Assembly: GCA_944358985.1 (NCBI GenBank)
Contig: CALVSI010000001.1
Span: 13,846-77,845, forward strand
Length of the DNA stretch: 64,000 bases
Reading direction: 5' to 3'
From: an uncultured Bacilli bacterium
Lineage (GTDB): Bacteria; Bacillota_I; Bacilli_A; RFN20; CAG-826
A program made the translations under genes and the position numbers. The notes under the pieces were generated by a model. It had not been told where the DNA came from. It was given only the letters and a program-made list of their open reading frames with translations, and made no database searches. This document shows positions 53,979 through 63,143 of this stretch, piece by piece (position 1 is the stretch's first letter; every line of letters starts with the position of its first letter).

Positions 53979-56096
53979 ATGCCGAAAATTAAACCGATAA
54001 AAGATTTACGAAACACAAACGAAATTTCAAAAGAATGCCACGACTTAAACGAACCAATTTTTATTACTAAGAATGGTTATCAAGATATGGTTTTAATGTC
54101 AAATGAATATTTTGATTGCCATTTTAATAAATCTAATGGATCGGTCAAAATTTCCAATGAACAAAATAAAAATCAATATTTTTGTTTAAAAAATAAGACA
54201 ACAGAATTTGGCTTTGTACGCGTTGGATGTGCAAATTTTGATATTAGTGTATCAAACGTTTCTAAAAACATCATAAAAATAAAAAAAATCATTGATAAAG
54301 CTAAACAAAACAAAATCCACGTTTTAGTTTTTAGCGAATTATGTTTGACCGGTTATTCTTTAAGAGATTTATTTTTTCAAGATGAAATTTTAAAATCAGC
54401 AAGTTTAGCGTTAATAGATTTAGCTTCGTATACTAAAAATTTAAATATGATAATATTTGTTGGAACACCGCTGATTTATAACAATGGTATATATAATTGT
54501 GCTGTTGGAATATCGAATGGGAAAATATTAGGTGTAGTTCCAAAATCTTATATACCAAATTACAATGAATTTTATGAAGGAAGACAATTTAAAAGCGGAT
54601 TAAATATTAGCGATAAAATTTTAATTGACGACAAATTTTATCCTTTTGGAACTGATATTTTATTTAGATGCGAAAATTATTATGATCTATGTATTGGCGT
54701 TGAAATATGCGAAGATCTTTGGGTTAATTTATCGCCAAGCACGACCCTTTGTCAAAATGGTGCAACACTTATATGTAATTTAAGTGCATCAAATGAACTT
54801 GTGAGTAAGGAAGATTATAGATTAAATCTTGTAAAAATGACTTCTGGACGTTTGATTTGCGGATACGCATACGCTAGTGCTGGAAATGGCGAATCAACAA
54901 CTGATGTAGTTTATAGTGGGCACAATATTGTATGTGAAAATGCTCATTTGCTCACACAATCTAAATTATTCGAGAACTCTTTGATATATTCCGACATGGA
55001 TATAGAAAAATTAGTTAATGAGCGAAGAAAAACCACTACTTTTATTACAAAAGATAATAATTATAGAAACATTGGTTTTGAATTGGATTTAAAAATCGAT
55101 GAATTAAAATATGAAATAAATCCAAATCCATTTTTAATTCCTAACAAAAAAGATTCTCTTTCTAGATACCGCAAAATTTTAAAAATGCAAGCGTTGGGAC
55201 TGAAAAAAAGAGTGGAAGCTAGTAAAAGTGATTGTTTAGTTATTGGTTTAAGTGGTGGATTAGATTCAACACTTGCACTTTTAGTTAGCAAAGAAACATT
55301 TAAGATGATGAATCGTGATTTAAAAAATGTCTATGCTATAACACTTCCTTGCTTTGGAACAAGTAAGCGTACACACGATAATGCATTAGCGTTAGCAAAT
55401 TCTTTAGGCGCATCGTTTAAAGAAATAAATATCAATGAAACAATCAAATCACATTTTTTAGATATTAATCACGATATTAACAATCAAAATTCAACATTCG
55501 AAAACGCCCAAGCACGTGAAAGAACACAAGTATTAATGGATTTTGCTAATGATATTAATGGATTAATGGTTGGAACAGGAGATTTGAGCGAATTATGTTT
55601 AGGCTGGACTACTTATAATGGCGATCATATGTCGATGTATGGAGTTAATGCCTCAATTCCGAAAACATTAGTCATCGAATTAGTCAAAACATATGGCTTA
55701 GATCATCCAGAAGTAGAAGCGATATTAGAAGACATTATCTTGACTCCTATTTCACCTGAATTACTTCCATTAAACAACGGTCAAATCATTCAAAAAACCG
55801 AAGAAAAAATTGGTCCTTATGAATTAGTGGACTTTTTCATTTATTATTTTTTAAGACATAATTTTTCGCCAAAGAAAATCGTTTATCTTGCACAAAATGC
55901 ATATCGTAACAAATATAAAAAAGAAGAAATAGTAAAATGGTTAAAAATATTTTTAAAACGATTTTATCAAAATCAATTTAAACGTTCTTGCCTGCCAGAT
56001 GGTGTAAAAGTTGGCTCTGTATGCATTTCACCAAGAGGAGATTTGAGAATGCCATCAGATGCTGATGTCGATGATATGTTAAATTCTATCGATTAA
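53979..56096 (+). CDS. nadE: glutamine-dependent NAD+ synthetase (CN-hydrolase plus PP-loop synthetase) with an N-terminal Phd/YefM antitoxin-like extension
   Basis: Residues from about 77 on: FGFVRVGCA..., CN-hydrolase triad contexts (FSELCLTGY, VPKSYIP, VEICEDLW) and synthetase PP-loop GLSGGLDST. Residues 1-48 (MPKIKPIKDLRNTNEISKECHDLNEPIFITKNGYQDMVLMSNEYFD) resemble Phd/YefM-type antitoxins. Confidence 0.85.
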   Translation: MPKIKPIKDLRNTNEISKECHDLNEPIFITKNGYQDMVLMSNEYFDCHFNKSNGSVKISNEQNKNQYFCLKNKTTEFGFVRVGCANFDISVSNVSKNIIKIKKIIDKAKQNKIHVLVFSELCLTGYSLRDLFFQDEILKSASLALIDLASYTKNLNMIIFVGTPLIYNNGIYNCAVGISNGKILGVVPKSYIPNYNEFYEGRQFKSGLNISDKILIDDKFYPFGTDILFRCENYYDLCIGVEICEDLWVNLSPSTTLCQNGATLICNLSASNELVSKEDYRLNLVKMTSGRLICGYAYASAGNGESTTDVVYSGHNIVCENAHLLTQSKLFENSLIYSDMDIEKLVNERRKTTTFITKDNNYRNIGFELDLKIDELKYEINPNPFLIPNKKDSLSRYRKILKMQALGLKKRVEASKSDCLVIGLSGGLDSTLALLVSKETFKMMNRDLKNVYAITLPCFGTSKRTHDNALALANSLGASFKEININETIKSHFLDINHDINNQNSTFENAQARERTQVLMDFANDINGLMVGTGDLSELCLGWTTYNGDHMSMYGVNASIPKTLVIELVKTYGLDHPEVEAILEDIILTPISPELLPLNNGQIIQKTEEKIGPYELVDFFIYYFLRHNFSPKKIVYLAQNAYRNKYKKEEIVKWLKIFLKRFYQNQFKRSCLPDGVKVGSVCISPRGDLRMPSDADVDDMLNSID

Positions 56097-56166
56097 AATA
56101 AAATTTTACATTTACATGTAAACCATTAAAGTATTAAAATATTATGGACAAAAGGAGGAGATAATT

Positions 56167-56724
56167 ATGGTTAATGTTACAGAATTAAGACCAGGTAACT
56201 TTTTTGAAGAAGATGGTAATATTTATCGTGTGCTCGATATTTTATTAAACAAAACGGCAATGAGAAAAATGGTTGCTAAGGTTAAAGTAAAAAATTTAAG
56301 AACAGGTGCTGTTACAGAAATTGCACGTAATAGTGGATATCAAATTGAAACGATTCGTTTAGATAAAAAACAAATGCAATATCTTTATGATAGTGGGGAT
56401 GCTTTGGTTTTTATGGATCAAAATACTTTTGAACAAATCGAAATTCCAAAAGAAAGATTACAGTGGGAGTCTCAACTTTTAAAAGGCGATGAAATAGTGG
56501 AAATTATTTCGTATGGAAGTGAAATACTTGGTGTAAACTTACCAGCTAAAGTTGCCTTAAAAGTTACTCAATGTGATCCTGCTACTCGTGGTGATACGAT
56601 TAATAAAGCCATGAAAGAAGTTACACTTGAAACAGGATTAAAAACTAAAGTACCAATGTTTATTGAAGAAGGAGAAGTCGTCATGGTTCGCACTGATAAT
56701 GGTGAATATGACGGCCGTGCATAA
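56167..56724 (+). CDS. efp: translation elongation factor P
   Basis: 185 aa. ELRPGN N-terminus, KPGKG-loop equivalent region and a C-terminal TGEY-type end. GGAGGAG SD. Confidence 0.95.
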   Translation: MVNVTELRPGNFFEEDGNIYRVLDILLNKTAMRKMVAKVKVKNLRTGAVTEIARNSGYQIETIRLDKKQMQYLYDSGDALVFMDQNTFEQIEIPKERLQWESQLLKGDEIVEIISYGSEILGVNLPAKVALKVTQCDPATRGDTINKAMKEVTLETGLKTKVPMFIEEGEVVMVRTDNGEYDGRA

Positions 56725-56730
56725 TCAGAT

Positions 56731-56949
56731 ATGGAACCATGGGCAATTGCACTTTTGTGTATAGGATGTGCATTAGCATCAGCAATACTTACATTCTTTC
56801 TCACACGTTTTCTATTTAAGAAACAATTAAGAGATAACCCACCAATTAACGAAAAGATGATTCGAGCGATGTTTATGTCAATGGGTCGTCCAGCAACCGA
56901 AAAACAAATTCGCGAAATAATGCGAAACGTGAGAAATCAAAATAAATAA
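56731..56949 (+). CDS. UPF0154 (YneF-like) small membrane protein
   Basis: 72 aa. One N-terminal TM helix, then NPPINEKMIRAMFMSMGRPATEKQI, matching the YneF-family pattern NPPI.E.M...M.QMG.K.S.K.I. Confidence 0.7.
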   Translation: MEPWAIALLCIGCALASAILTFFLTRFLFKKQLRDNPPINEKMIRAMFMSMGRPATEKQIREIMRNVRNQNK

Positions 56950-56966
56950 AAACTATTAAATCTATA

Positions 56967-56998
56967 AAGCGGTATGTCAACATATCGCTTTTATTTTT
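56967..56998 (+). terminator. intrinsic terminator after efp-yneF
   Basis: 11-bp stem AAGCGGTATGT / ACATATCGCTT (one G.U), a 2-nt apical loop (probably opening to a larger loop), followed by TTATTTTT. Confidence 0.65.
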
Positions 56999-57199
56999 GC
57001 ACTAAAATTAATTATTTTTTATGGACCATTTTGGTGTGTAAATATTACATACAAACTTTAAAAAATAATAAAGTAGGGGATTTTTTGAGATTTTCATAAT
57101 AAATCAATAATAATTATTTTTTCAGTCAATGTAAAATCTAGACTGGCAGCGGCTAAATCTTTCTATTTTTAAAATGTGGATTATTTATTAACATGTTTA

Positions 57200-57221
57200 A
57201 TATCTACTAAATATCTACTAA
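57200..57221. repeat. exact tandem duplication of an 11-nt unit (ATATCTACTAA x2)
   Basis: 57200-57210 is identical to 57211-57221. Lies 13 nt downstream of the plsY stop (minus strand). Confidence 0.9.
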
Positions 57222-57234
57222 TTTATTACTAAAA

Positions 57235-57972
57235 TTACATCCAAGATATTTTTCTTTCATTGCCATTTTTAATTCGTATGATGTTGTCTTTATGACGAAT
57301 AATTAACACTATCATAGCAAGTGTCATAACTAATGCAAATACCCATCCTGGACATAACGTATTACCATACATTGCAATCAAATCAAAATTAGGAATACAA
57401 GTTAACCAGCTTGCTATTGCAGCAACGATTGAACCCATAATGGAACTTAAAGAAATATATTTTTTAATTTTCAGTGTAACAAAAAAAGTAATAATTGATG
57501 TTATTCCTACAAACCAAGATGAAAATAGTGCACTTGAAAAAGTTATCGCTGCAGCTTTCCCACCTTTAAATTTTGCAAATACTGGATAGCAATGGCCAAT
57601 AACCGCACTTATAATAATTAACCAATATATTGGCCATTTGATTAAATAATTATCAGTGTTTCCATTAATCATCATTTCAGCGGTTGGGATTAGCGGCATA
57701 TTATCAAACATATTAACGTAAGTTAATATAGCCCAAACTGACCAAAGTGGAATCGCTAATTTTATGAAATCCAAAATATAAACGATGATTCCGTATTTGA
57801 AGCCCCATAATCTAGATGCATTCGTGCCGCCAGAATTTTTAGAGCCAAAATGTCGTGGATCTTGTTTAAATAGCAATTTACCAACTATAACGCCACTTGG
57901 AATTGAGCCAAACAAATAACCAATTATTATGATGATAATCGAACAAATTATGTTTACCGCAATCTCATTCAT
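57235..57972 (-). CDS. plsY: glycerol-3-phosphate acyltransferase PlsY (acyl-phosphate dependent)
   Basis: 245-aa polytopic membrane protein. FGSKNSGGTNASR matches the PlsY GSGNxGxTNxxR motif, and KGGKAAA the second motif. Divergent from parE as in Bacillus and Streptococcus. About 40 aa longer than typical. Confidence 0.85.
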   Translation of the reverse strand: MNEIAVNIICSIIIIIIGYLFGSIPSGVIVGKLLFKQDPRHFGSKNSGGTNASRLWGFKYGIIVYILDFIKLAIPLWSVWAILTYVNMFDNMPLIPTAEMMINGNTDNYLIKWPIYWLIIISAVIGHCYPVFAKFKGGKAAAITFSSALFSSWFVGITSIITFFVTLKIKKYISLSSIMGSIVAAIASWLTCIPNFDLIAMYGNTLCPGWVFALVMTLAMIVLIIRHKDNIIRIKNGNERKISWM

Positions 57973-58059
57973 AGGTTTATAAAATTCTTTTTTATTTTAC
58001 TAAAAATAAATATAAATTCAATTTATTTTTGTGTATAATATGAAAGGGTATACAAAATA

Positions 58060-60003
58060 ATGGCTGAAAATATCGATAAAATTAATTATGCCGCTGATGA
58101 CATTGAGTTATTGCGAGGTTTAGAAGCGGTCAGAAAAAGACCAGGAATGTACATAGGAAGTACAAACTCAAGCGGTCTTCATCATTTAGTTTGGGAAATT
58201 GTTGATAACTCGATTGATGAAGCGATGTCTGGCTTTGGCAATAAAATTAGTATAACTATCCACAAAGACGGTTCGATTACTGTCAGCGATGAAGGGCGCG
58301 GAATTCCTACTGGAATTCAAAGCCAAACACATAAACCAGCAATTGAATTAGTATTTGGTGAACTTCACGCTGGAGGAAAATTCAATAATTCTTCTTATAA
58401 AAGTGCAGCTGGTTTACATGGTGTTGGTGCTAGTGTTACTAACGCTTTAAGTAGTTGGCTTGATGTTATTGTCCATCGTGAAGGAAAAATTTTTCATATT
58501 CGTTATAAAGATGGTGGAAAAATTGATATTCCTCTTGAAGTAATTGGAACAACAAATAAGCATGGTACGACAGTAACATTTAAACCAGATCCAACTATAT
58601 TTTCAACTGTGGAATTTAAATGGGACACAATATATAATCATTTACAAGAATCAGCGTTTTTATTAAGAAAAGTTCACTTTTATTTAAAAGACGAACGCTC
58701 AAATTTAAATCAAGAATTTTATTATGAAGATGGTTTAAAAGAATACATTCTTACTGTTAATCAAAATAAAAGACCGCTGACAGATATTATTTATTTTAAT
58801 GGTAACGTCTCTGACATCGAAATTGAAATCGCTATGCAATATTGTTATAGCGATTATAACGAAACGATTTTTTCTTATGCTAATAATGTTAGAACAAGAG
58901 ATGGTGGAACTCACGAAACGGGTTTTAAACTTGGCGTGACGCGTGCTGTTAACGAATTTATTGATAATAACAAATTAGCGAAAGGCAAAAAATTAGAAGG
59001 TGGTGATATTAGAGAAGGATTAACTAGTGTTATTTCTTTAAAAATTCCTGAAAAAAAATTAGAATTTGAAGGACAAACAAAATCTAAGTTAGGTACTCCG
59101 GAAGCTACCAGTGCAGTTAGTAACTTTATTTATGAAAAATTTTCTTATTATTTAACTGAAAATAAAGAGATAGCATTAAATATTATTTCTAAATGCATTG
59201 ATTCGTATAATACTCGTCTTGCTGCTAGAAAAGCAAAAGAAGAAGCTCGAAGTAATAAAAAAGCTAAACAAGAAATTATTTTATCTGATAAATTAACTCC
59301 TGCCCAAAGCAAAGACTATTTAAAAAACGAACTATTTATCGTCGAAGGTGATTCTGCAGGTGGTACTGCAAAAAAAGGAAGAGATAGAATTCATCAAGCG
59401 ATTCTTCCACTCCGTGGAAAACCTTTAAATACTGATTCCATTACCGTAGAAAAATTATTACAAAATGAGGAATTTGCAACAATTATAAACACCATCGGTG
59501 CGGGTTTTGGACAATCTTTTGATATTGATGATATTAAATATGGAAAAATTATTATCATGACCGATGCTGATACTGATGGTGCGCATATTCAAACATTGCT
59601 CCTAACATTTTTTTATAATTACATGCGAAATTTAATTACTACTGGACATGTTTATGTTGCCGCACCTCCTTTATATCGAGTCTATAAAGAAGAAAAAAAT
59701 CATAAAGTAAATGAAAAATATGCTTGGAATGATCAAGATTTGGAAAAAGCCAAAAAAGCAATAGGGCCAGGTTATAAGATTAACCGATATAAAGGTCTTG
59801 GGGAAATGAATGAAGTCCAATTAAAAAAGACAACGATGGATCCTGCTTCTCGTTTGTTGATTCAAGTACGAATCGATGATCCTTTATTTGTGGAAAAGCA
59901 AGTTGGTATTTTAATGGGAAAAGATACTTCTAATCGCCGACGCTGGGTGGAAGAAAATGTTGATTTTAATAAAGTTGATACATTTATTAATGAGGTCAAA
60001 TAA
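58060..60003 (+). CDS. parE: DNA topoisomerase IV subunit B
   Basis: 647-aa GHKL ATPase (GLHHLVWEIVDNSIDEA) and TOPRIM (EGDSAGG, PLRGK, DADTDGAHI). ParE rather than GyrB is inferred from the plsY-parE-parC context and from the partner lacking a GyrA box. Confidence 0.85.
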   Translation: MAENIDKINYAADDIELLRGLEAVRKRPGMYIGSTNSSGLHHLVWEIVDNSIDEAMSGFGNKISITIHKDGSITVSDEGRGIPTGIQSQTHKPAIELVFGELHAGGKFNNSSYKSAAGLHGVGASVTNALSSWLDVIVHREGKIFHIRYKDGGKIDIPLEVIGTTNKHGTTVTFKPDPTIFSTVEFKWDTIYNHLQESAFLLRKVHFYLKDERSNLNQEFYYEDGLKEYILTVNQNKRPLTDIIYFNGNVSDIEIEIAMQYCYSDYNETIFSYANNVRTRDGGTHETGFKLGVTRAVNEFIDNNKLAKGKKLEGGDIREGLTSVISLKIPEKKLEFEGQTKSKLGTPEATSAVSNFIYEKFSYYLTENKEIALNIISKCIDSYNTRLAARKAKEEARSNKKAKQEIILSDKLTPAQSKDYLKNELFIVEGDSAGGTAKKGRDRIHQAILPLRGKPLNTDSITVEKLLQNEEFATIINTIGAGFGQSFDIDDIKYGKIIIMTDADTDGAHIQTLLLTFFYNYMRNLITTGHVYVAAPPLYRVYKEEKNHKVNEKYAWNDQDLEKAKKAIGPGYKINRYKGLGEMNEVQLKKTTMDPASRLLIQVRIDDPLFVEKQVGILMGKDTSNRRRWVEENVDFNKVDTFINEVK

Positions 60004-62610
60004 ATGGCTAAGAAGATAAAAAAAGAAGAAGTAGAAATCAAAGAAAATATATCGAGCGAACCATTAGAAGAGGTAATGGCAGATCGTTATGCCACATACG
60101 CTAAATACGTTATACAAGATCGTGCCATTCCGGATGTTAGAGATGGTTTAAAACCAGTTCAAAGACGTATTTTGTTTGCCATGTATAATAATGGCAACAC
60201 TTTTAATAGACCGACAAGAAAATGTGCTCATAGCGTTGGTGAAGTTATGGGTAAATATCATCCACATGGTGATACATCAATTTATGAAGCTCTTGCTCGT
60301 ATGAGTCAAGATTGGAAAGTGCGAGCTCCTTTAATAGATTTTCAAGGAAACAATGGTAGTATTGATGGCGATTCTCCAGCCGCGTATCGTTATACCGAAG
60401 CAAGATTAAGCCAACTTGCTAATGAAATGTTAAAAGATATTGATAAAAATACTGTTGATATGCAATTAACATTTGACGATAGTGAATTTGAGCCTACTGT
60501 TTTGCCTGCCCGTTTTCCAAATTTATATGTTAACGGTAGTGAAGGTATTGCTGTTGCTTTGGCAACAGAAATTCCAACACACAATTTGCGTGAAGTTATT
60601 GGTGCAACAATTTATCGTATTAACCATCCAAATTGTTTATTAGATGATTTATTAAATATAATTCCTGGACCAGATTTTCCTACAGGTGGAATTATATATA
60701 ATAGTGATGGGCTTAGATCTATTTATGAAAATGGACGTGGGCGAATAGAAATAGCTGCCCGTTATCAAATTGTCGATAACGGCTCTATTAAACAAATAAT
60801 TATTAGCGAAATTCCTTATAAGGTAGTTAAAAAGAATATTGTTTATGAAATTGATAAAATTCGCCATTCCAAATCAATAGATGGAATTATTGAAGTACGA
60901 GATGAAAGCGATTTTAATGGTATACGAATTGTTGTTGATGTTAGGAAAAATGCACCGGTCGATTTGATTGTTTCATATTTGCTAAATAAAACTTCCATGA
61001 AAGTTTCATATAGTGCAAATATCGTTGCAATTGTTGACGGCCGCCCAAAAACACTATCATTAACTGATTATCTTGATGCTTACATTTCTCATCAAGTGGA
61101 TGTTTTAACCCGCTTATTGAAATTTGAATTAGATAAATTATCTGCTCGATTACACATAGTTGAAGGTTTGATTTTAGCAGCTTTAAATATTAATGATGTT
61201 GTCGAAATAATTCGCCATAGTAAAGATAAACAAGATAGTAAATTAAATATTATTGCCAAATATGATTTATCTAACGAACAGGCTGAAGCTATCGTTATGA
61301 TGCCTCTATATAAGTTAAGTCACACTGATATTGAGACTTTACAAAACGAAAAGGAACAATTAATTAATGATATAAATTATCACAAAGAAACTTTAGCGGA
61401 TTCTAAAAAAATTAACAAAGTTATTATTAGCGATTTAAATCAAATTAGTAAAACATATGGTGATGCTAGAAGAACGAGTTTTGAAGATAAAATTGAGCAA
61501 GGTCCAATCGATAAGAGATTTTTAATAAGCAAAGAAAAAATATATTTCTCTATTACAAAAGATGGATATTTTAAACGTTCAAGTCAAAAATCGTATTTAT
61601 CTTCATTAGAAAAAAATCCTTATCCTGAAGTCAAACAAGGTGATGCACTAATTGCAATTGATTGTGCTTATACAACTGATTTTCTTCTTTGTTTTACGAA
61701 TTTAGGAAATTACATGTATGTGCCTATCTTTGAAATTGAAGATAATAAATGGAAAGATAAAGGCGTTCATATTAATTCGCTTATAACTATGAATGGAAAT
61801 GAAAAAATAGTTTCTGTCATAGTCGCAGATAAATTAAGAGATGATTTATTCACTATATTATTAACTAAAAATGGTCAAATTAAGCGAACCCCAACTAATT
61901 TTTATCAAACAAATGTCAGAGCAAGGCCAATTAAATGTATCAAGTTAGCAAATGGTGATGAACTTGTTGATGTTAAATTATCTACTGGAAATGCAAATAT
62001 TATGGTATTTTCTAGTCTTGGATATTATGCAATGTTTAATGAAAACGAATTGCTACCATTATCTTTAAAAGCTTCTGGTGTTAAAGCAATGTCGTTAAAA
62101 GGTGGACAATCCGCGGTTGATTTGGTTATTTCTCAATTGGAAGAAAAAACCAAAATAGTTTTAATTACAGATAAATCATGCTTAAGAATTTTTGATACTA
62201 GCCGTGGGGTAGTTTCAAATCGTTTAAGCAAGAATCAAATCGTTTTCAAATCATTTAAAAGTGATATTCATCACTTAGTTTATGCTCATAAAGTTGTTTT
62301 AGATGATAAAGACAATATGAATGTGTTACTATACGATAACAATTATGATTCAAAAGAACTTATAATTGATGATTTCCATCTAACCGATATTGAAAAATAT
62401 GCCAAGAAAAATATCGATTTAATGCTAGTAAAAGAAAGAATTAGACATGTTTTTGCCAAAGGATGTGATTACATTAATGATGAAATTAAATCACAACCAA
62501 TCGTTCTTAAAAAGGACATTTCAAATTTAGAAAAAGAAGAAATGCAAGAAAGTAATGATGAAAGCAAATCCAATGTTGAACAAATTACTTTATTTGATGA
62601 TTTTGAATAA
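60004..62610 (+). CDS. parC: DNA topoisomerase IV subunit A
   Basis: 868 aa. RDGLKPVQRRIL, the active-site AAYRYTEARL Tyr region and HPHGD. No QRRGGKG GyrA-box in the C-terminal beta-pinwheel region. Confidence 0.85.
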   Translation: MAKKIKKEEVEIKENISSEPLEEVMADRYATYAKYVIQDRAIPDVRDGLKPVQRRILFAMYNNGNTFNRPTRKCAHSVGEVMGKYHPHGDTSIYEALARMSQDWKVRAPLIDFQGNNGSIDGDSPAAYRYTEARLSQLANEMLKDIDKNTVDMQLTFDDSEFEPTVLPARFPNLYVNGSEGIAVALATEIPTHNLREVIGATIYRINHPNCLLDDLLNIIPGPDFPTGGIIYNSDGLRSIYENGRGRIEIAARYQIVDNGSIKQIIISEIPYKVVKKNIVYEIDKIRHSKSIDGIIEVRDESDFNGIRIVVDVRKNAPVDLIVSYLLNKTSMKVSYSANIVAIVDGRPKTLSLTDYLDAYISHQVDVLTRLLKFELDKLSARLHIVEGLILAALNINDVVEIIRHSKDKQDSKLNIIAKYDLSNEQAEAIVMMPLYKLSHTDIETLQNEKEQLINDINYHKETLADSKKINKVIISDLNQISKTYGDARRTSFEDKIEQGPIDKRFLISKEKIYFSITKDGYFKRSSQKSYLSSLEKNPYPEVKQGDALIAIDCAYTTDFLLCFTNLGNYMYVPIFEIEDNKWKDKGVHINSLITMNGNEKIVSVIVADKLRDDLFTILLTKNGQIKRTPTNFYQTNVRARPIKCIKLANGDELVDVKLSTGNANIMVFSSLGYYAMFNENELLPLSLKASGVKAMSLKGGQSAVDLVISQLEEKTKIVLITDKSCLRIFDTSRGVVSNRLSKNQIVFKSFKSDIHHLVYAHKVVLDDKDNMNVLLYDNNYDSKELIIDDFHLTDIEKYAKKNIDLMLVKERIRHVFAKGCDYINDEIKSQPIVLKKDISNLEKEEMQESNDESKSNVEQITLFDDFE

Positions 62611-62615
62611 ATATT

Positions 62616-63134
62616 ATGAATATTAATAAATACGTTCCAACTTATTATCACACATCAATATTTGAATTAAATCCAAATGATGTAATCAATAAAGGATATA
62701 AAATTGTGTTTTCTGATTTAGATAACACTTTAGATTGTTATATTGATAAAACTCCTTCTAAAACAGTTTTTGATAAAGTGAAAGCATTTAAAGAAGTTGG
62801 TATCAAATTTATTATAATTAGCAATAATTATAAAAGAAGGGTAAAACCATACGCTGATAAATTAGGCTTACAATGTATATGGTTATTATTGAAACCATTA
62901 AAGTTCCGTCTTAACCATTTTATTAAAAAAAATAACATTAATAAGAAAGATGTATTAATGATTGGAGACCAATTATTCACCGATATCGCATTAGCTAATA
63001 AGTTGGGTATCGATAGCATATTAGTAAAACCTTTAACTGATAAAGATCAAAAATTTACTTCTTTTAGAAGAAAAAAAGAAAAATTATACTTTAAAAAAAT
63101 TAAAAAAGAAAATAAACTCAAATTGTGGAGGTAA
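62616..63134 (+). CDS. yqeG: YqeG-family HAD-IIIA phosphatase
   Basis: 172 aa. FSDLDNTL (DxDxT), ISNN and GDQLFTDI motifs. Conserved position upstream of yqeH. Confidence 0.75.
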   Translation: MNINKYVPTYYHTSIFELNPNDVINKGYKIVFSDLDNTLDCYIDKTPSKTVFDKVKAFKEVGIKFIIISNNYKRRVKPYADKLGLQCIWLLLKPLKFRLNHFIKKNNINKKDVLMIGDQLFTDIALANKLGIDSILVKPLTDKDQKFTSFRRKKEKLYFKKIKKENKLKLWR

Positions 63135-63143
63135 TGAAATAAT

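Noticed and set aside
58034-58062. TATAAT box abutting a 6-codon uORF (ATGAAAGGGTATACAAAATAA) whose stop overlaps the parE ATG (TAATG).
   Set aside because: If the -10 is real, transcription would start downstream of the uORF ATG. The uORF has no SD. I cannot distinguish this from chance, and the promoter call itself is weak because the TG is offset by one from an extended -10.
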